A stretch of 41,803 nt of DNA from Octopus sinensis (lineage: Eukaryota): positions 1 to 41,803 of the forward strand of contig NW_021835107.1 in assembly GCF_006345805.1 (NCBI RefSeq), written 5' to 3'. The notes under the pieces are model-generated. The model made no database searches. It worked only from the letters and a program-made list of their open reading frames with translations, and had not been told where the DNA came from. Below are positions 36,323 to 41,803 of this stretch, piece after piece; the first letter of the stretch is position 1; every line of letters begins with the position of its first letter. The translations under genes were made by a program, and so were the position numbers.

Positions 36323-36691
36323 GATGTGATACCTCAGTCAGCATGGGAAACATGAGAACAATTGTAAAATACGACATAGGCTCTCTGCTCTGCTTAGTAG
36401 TATCCGCAGCCTACTAGAAATAGGTACGAGAATATCCCTAAAATTATTCCCGAGCGGTCTAAATTAAGATGGAAGACATTGGGTGATGTGGTGCTTGATG
36501 TTCTTATAATTGATGCAGATGGGATGGTCATGTTGGAAGTCCTAAGTCGTTTGATCTAAATATGGCGATGAATAATTGAATGAAATATAATTGTCCGATG
36601 TTGCGGGGACAATGTAAAAATATGTGCCGTGTGATGTTTTATATATATATGTATATATATGAATATACATATATACATATATACATATATA

Positions 36692-36736
<45 letters not shown>

Positions 36737-36750
36737 TATGGACATTAACA

Positions 36751-36783
<33 letters not shown>

Positions 36784-36979
36784 CTGTGTGTGTGTGCGTG
36801 TGTATGTGTGTCTGTGTGTGTGTGTTTGACAAACATTAATTGAAAGATCGATCTTGTGGATTTGAGTAGATTTGTCTAGAAAGTGGTTGGCAGTAACTTT
36901 GAATTCCACTATTTTTGGATTCGACGTATATGTGTGTGTATGTGTATGCATCCGTGTATATTTGTGTGTATATGTATGC

Positions 36980-37013
<34 letters not shown>

Positions 37014-37140
37014 GATTTTTATGTACGTCTGGATATTTATTCACAGATACATGTGTTTGTGTGTAATATGTATGTGGGTGCATAAGTTTAGATAAACAAA
37101 CGAGTATTTATTCATGGTTGGTCCATTCTTAACCTGTGAA

Positions 37141-37495
37141 GGCTCAATGGCCCAGTGGTTAGGGCAGCGGACTGACGCTCGTAGGATTGCGGTTTCGGTT
37201 CCCTGGCCGGGCGTTGTGGGTGTTTATTGAGCGAAAACATCTAAAGCTCCACGAGGCTCAGGTAGGGGGTGGTAGCAGAACCCTGCTGCATTCATTCACC
37301 ACATCTTTCTCTTACTCTATCTTCCTGTTTCTGTTGTACCCATATTTCAAAGGGGCCAGCTTTGTCATACGCTGTGTCATGCTGAATCTCCCCGAGAACT
37401 ACTTTAAAGTTACACGTTATTTTCACGAGCAGGCTGCTCCGTTGATCGGATCAACTGGAACCCTCGTCGTCGTAACCAACGGAGTACCAGGATTC
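37141..37495 (+). mobile_element. SINE C 5' part followed by a SINE D-type 3' part (chimera or adjacent insertions)
   Basis: 37141-37325 matches family C; 37340-37495 matches 18935-19101 of family D. Confidence 0.7.
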
Positions 37496-38023
37496 CTAAC
37501 CATACCATCATGCTCTTAAAAATACTATATTTATATTTTCAAATCTTTTTCTCGAATCTTTCAGTGTAGAGTATGAATTTAGGAAAAGTTGGTCCCAACT
37601 TCTAGCCGTCGGGACGAGCTATAAGGCTCTTTAGCTAGCTTGCCTATATACTTGTAAGTTGTGCTGGTTTCCATAATGGAAGCAAGGAAGGCGGTTTCAC
37701 ACAGAACACACCACACTAGTTCCACTTCTGTCTATCAGCACTCATCAGTGTAGGTTTCCTTCGTAGCAAAAGAAGGAGCAATATTAAGTACACGATGTGT
37801 TGATATATGTACGTATGTGTGTATTTATATTATATATATATATCAAAATAAGCAACAAGCATACCCAGAGGTAATGCAGTACGATCGTTTCAAGCAACGC
37901 CATTTAATTGAAAAATGCAATCATTACATCAATTTAAATGCAGAGCAATCCTCAGCTGCATAAAGATATAGAATTTAATTAAATTAAAACAGATGGACAC
38001 ATTAGTATAATTCTACCTACAAA

Positions 38024-38451
38024 CTCCAAGAAGGTAAGGAGATAGACAAAGAACATGCTGCCTTCACTTCAGCTTAGAAGCTTTATATTACTACATGACA
38101 AGGTTTCCCCTTAGTGGCCGGCCCCCTTAATTGTCAGCTAACATCCTGATTTAAGTTTTCCTTTACAAAATCTCATGATATTGCTTCTAATAAATCTTGA
38201 TAGTTTCTTTATGACTATACCCACTATGATTTCTGTCGACTCCATCAGCCCTATTCCTAACAGACACCACTCCTTGTTCTCTCGGCTTTAGATATACAAG
38301 GATTTGATAAAACTAGTCTACAAATTAAAACTGACCCCATAAAACAGTGACAAGCAAAATCTGTAACAAGTCTTTCTTCCTGATACCTTAGTAACTTCTA
38401 AGCTGAAGTGAAGACAGCATGTTCTTTGTCCATCTCCTTACCTTCTTGGAG
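38024..38451. repeat. 57-bp inverted repeat (55/57 identical) around a 314-bp spacer
   Basis: 38024-38080 versus the reverse complement of 38395-38451. Confidence 0.9.
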
Positions 38452-38508
38452 ATTTTAGGTAATATTATCCAAACCAGATAGGCAATGTATGTTGGTGGTG
38501 GGTGTCTA

Positions 38509-38901
38509 CGCCGGGCGAAATGCTTAGCAGTATTTCGTCTGCCGCAACGTTCTGAGTTCAAATTCCGCCGAGGTCGACTTTGCCTTTCATCCTTTCGGGG
38601 TCGATTAAATAATAAATACCAGTTACGCACTGAGGTCGATTTAATCGACTTAATCCGTTTGTCTGTCATTGTTTGTCCCCTTTGTGTTTAGACCCTTGTG
38701 GGTAGTAAAGAAATAGGTATTTCGCCTGCCGCTACGTTCTGAGTTCAAATTCCGCCGAGGTCGACTTTGCCTTTCATCCTTTGGGGTCGATTAAATAATA
38801 AGTGCCAGTTACGCACTGAGGTCGATTTAATCGACTTAATCCGTTTGTCCGTCCTTGTTTGTCCTCTCTGTGTTTAGCCCCTTGTGGGTAGTAAAGAAAT
38901 A
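38509..38901 (+). mobile_element. SINE family A dimer (head clipped)
   Basis: Two units with junction GAAATAGGTATTTCG at ~38712. Confidence 0.9.
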
Positions 38902-39019
38902 TGTGGGTGTCTTTCGAATAATTATCTGGATTTAAAAGCCACAGCAGATGCCATGATCGATCTAAGATGTAAGTACAAGAGGTGATCAGACTCTGCATAA
39001 GGAGCAGATTAACACTATA

Positions 39020-39077
<58 letters not shown>

Positions 39078-39121
39078 TATGTATGTATGTATGTATGTAT
39101 ATATATATATGTGTGGTGTGT

Positions 39122-39153
<32 letters not shown>

Positions 39154-39555
39154 AGTGAAATGTTCCATGATGGTAAGATCAAGAAAACAAGTACTCCATC
39201 TGATGAGAGATAAATAATATTTGATAAACACAATATACGTTTTATGTGTTAGTATTAGTTTCCCATGCTGAGAGTGTGCCAGACAGTATTTTAAAACATG
39301 TCCTGTGTCCTAGTACAATCATGGCATAACAAGCTAAAAATGGGACGATAAGATGAGAGAATGAGCGAGAAAAGGCGAGAAAGAAGTTGATCTAAAAGGT
39401 GGATGGTTGAAAAAGCAGAAAGCGGTTTCGCCATATGAGGGGCTACCTGCCAATATTATAGCTGTTACACTCCCCAGACTGATTAGTTACTTTCAGAGCT
39501 GAAAGCTTGTGTTGGAGCAGTCACGCATTTTTTTGGGAAATGCTGATATATTTTT

Positions 39556-39949
39556 TATTGCCCACATAGAGGGGACAAACAAGGACAGACGAAGGGATTA
39601 AGTCGATTACATCGACCCCAGTGCGTAACTGGTACTTTATTTATCGACCCCGAAAGGATGAAAGGCAAAGTTGACCTCGGTGGAATTTGAACTCAGAACG
39701 TAGCGGCAGATGAAATACCTATTTCTTTACTACCACAAGGGGCTAAACACAGAGAGGACAAACAAGGACAGACATACGGGATAAGTCGATTACTTCTACC
39801 CCAGTGCGTAACTGGTACTTAATTTATCGACCCCGAAAGGATGAAAGGCACAGTCGACTTCGGCGGAATTTTAACTCAGAACGTAACGGCAGACGAAATA
39901 CGGCTACGCATTTCGCCCAGCGTGCTAACGTTTCTGCCAGCTCGCCGCC
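39556..39949 (-). mobile_element. SINE family A dimer
   Basis: Head at the 39949 end; junction at ~39715. Confidence 0.9.
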
Positions 39950-40323
39950 GATATTTTTGTGAAATGCTGATAGCAGAAAATTGAAGAAAATGTTTACTAC
40001 AAATATAATGACCAGCATGCCTCATGCTTTTCTCTTTCAATTCTCCATCTCGTGAATGAGTTGCCTTCCGGAGAAAACGAGAGTATATACTGGTATCAAA
40101 AACTGGCACACGACCAGCAAATTTTGGGGTAGGGGTTTAGTCGATTACATCGACACCCACCTCACCCCAGTACCCAACTGGTACTTGTCTCATTCACCCC
40201 GAAAGGATGAAAGGTAAAGTCGACCTCAGTAGAATTTGAACTCGGAACTTGCGAAATGTTGCAAAGCATGTTGACTGTCAGATAGCCACCTTGCTGCAGA
40301 GTATATATATTTAGAACTGTGTT

Positions 40324-40553
40324 AAGGCGGCGAGCTGGCAGAAACGTTAGCACGCCGGGCGAAATGCGTAGCCGTATTTCGTCTGTCGTTACGTTGTGAG
40401 TTCAAATTCCGCCGAGGTCGACTTTGCCTTTCATCCTTTCGGGGTCGATAAATAAAGTACCAGTTACGCACTGGGGTCGATGTAATTGACTTAATCCCTT
40501 TGTCTGTCCTTGTTTGTCCCCTCTATGTCTAACCCTTGTGGGCATTAAAGAAA
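40324..40553 (+). mobile_element. SINE family A monomer with a 22-bp target-site duplication
   Basis: TATATATATTTAGAACTGTGTT at 40302-40323 and 40554-40575. A diverged minus-strand copy lies at 40125-40262. Confidence 0.92.
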
Positions 40554-41449
40554 TATATATATTTAGAACTGTGTTGTTATCAAAAATTCTACATTTAAAG
40601 CAATCATATTTTCAAATAGTTAGTACACGGTTTCAAATACAATACAAGACGAGAAAAAACAAAAACCTAATAATTCATTCTTTAGTTGTCTGACATTTAA
40701 ATTTGTTTATATTTCTAAAATATTCAGCTTTTATATGTTATAAATTGGACTGGTAATTTTTATGTTTGAATATATTAGAAATATAATAAAGCTTTAACAA
40801 CACGAATTTTGTGAATAATATCTGAATATTTTAGAATTATAAAGTTTCGAATATTTTAGATTTCCAAAACAAAGTGAAATAAATAAAGAATCGGGTTTTT
40901 TTTTTTTTTTTACTTATACGTTATTTGAAACTGCATACTAAGCTTTTGGAGATATGGATATTTAAGTGGTGAATTTTAATGATGATAATGTGTTACAATA
41001 TACATAGAGAGGCCAAGGTGGCGAAGCAGAATGTTAAGCGCGCCGGGCAAATTTTTAGTGGTCTTAAGTTCCAACTTTAAGTTCTGAGTTCAAACAGCTC
41101 CAAGGTTGTATAAAATTTTATAATCTCATTCGATGTACATGACCCCCATATCATGTTGTATTGCCCGCCTCTATGTTGGCCCTTTATGAGCAATAAAGAA
41201 AAGAAACAGCTCCTAGGTTGACATGCAAAGCCCCAAACGTCGACGTTTTGTGATCACCATCAAACAACTACCTTAAATTCTCACGTATTACTTAGAAATA
41301 TAATAGAAGTCATCGCTCAAACTCAACAAGCGTAAAATTTGCACATTTTATAGAAAATCGAGAAAATGTGGGAAAAAGAAGTAATCGGAATTTCTGAGTT
41401 GGAACCTTGGGAAAGAATCTTTTACTATATCTTCGGAACGATCAGAACT

Positions 41450-41803
41450 TTGTGAGTGGATTTAGTAGACAGAAACTGAAAAAATCCCGTCGTACATATA
41501 GGTGAAATTTACAGAAAAACAAAAGACGAAGACAGGTGTATGAACAACAAGCAGGTGTTTTAGTTTGATGCTCGGGAAAGTAAAAAAGTATTTCATGTTT
41601 CGAGATTTCGCTCTTCAGCAGAAAGGAATAAGAGAAAATAAACAGGGAGAGAACGAAAAAACATATAGATTTAGGAGTCAGTGTGTATGGAGTTCGTGTG
41701 TTTACGTCCCTGTAACATAGGGGTTTAGCAAAAAAGTTCGACAGATTAAGTTCCAAGTTTAATAAAAGAAGAAAGTACTGGGATCGATTCGTTCGACTAA
41801 AAA
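41450..41803 (+). mobile_element. Diverged SINE B interrupted by a G-like element (41503-41675, -) carrying a degenerate hammerhead-like motif (41590-41625)
   Basis: Family B segments on both sides. The insert on the minus strand reads CTTT-CTGCTGA-A-GAGC-GAAA-TCTC-GAAAC-ATG-AAA. Confidence 0.65.

Overview
AT-rich, microsatellite-saturated eukaryotic DNA. The repeat families are of the kind I associate with coleoid cephalopods, most likely Octopus; this is inference, not a database result. No protein-coding gene can be called confidently, and nearly all long ORFs in the track are translated microsatellites. The window is mostly mobile DNA: four tRNA-headed SINE families, 3' fragments of two CR1/L2-group LINEs, a 5'-truncated R4/Dong-type LINE inside an (AAT)n tract, two defective mariners, a TIR element, a ~555-bp element that sits in (AAT)n tracts, a 170-bp tandem array and an ACGT-containing minisatellite. 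The most interesting signal is five minimal type-I hammerhead-ribozyme-like folds in three short non-coding element families embedded in microsatellites. They resemble the ribozymes of Penelope-like elements, and one family appears to be a tRNA-headed SINE. A few weak candidate exons are listed at low confidence.
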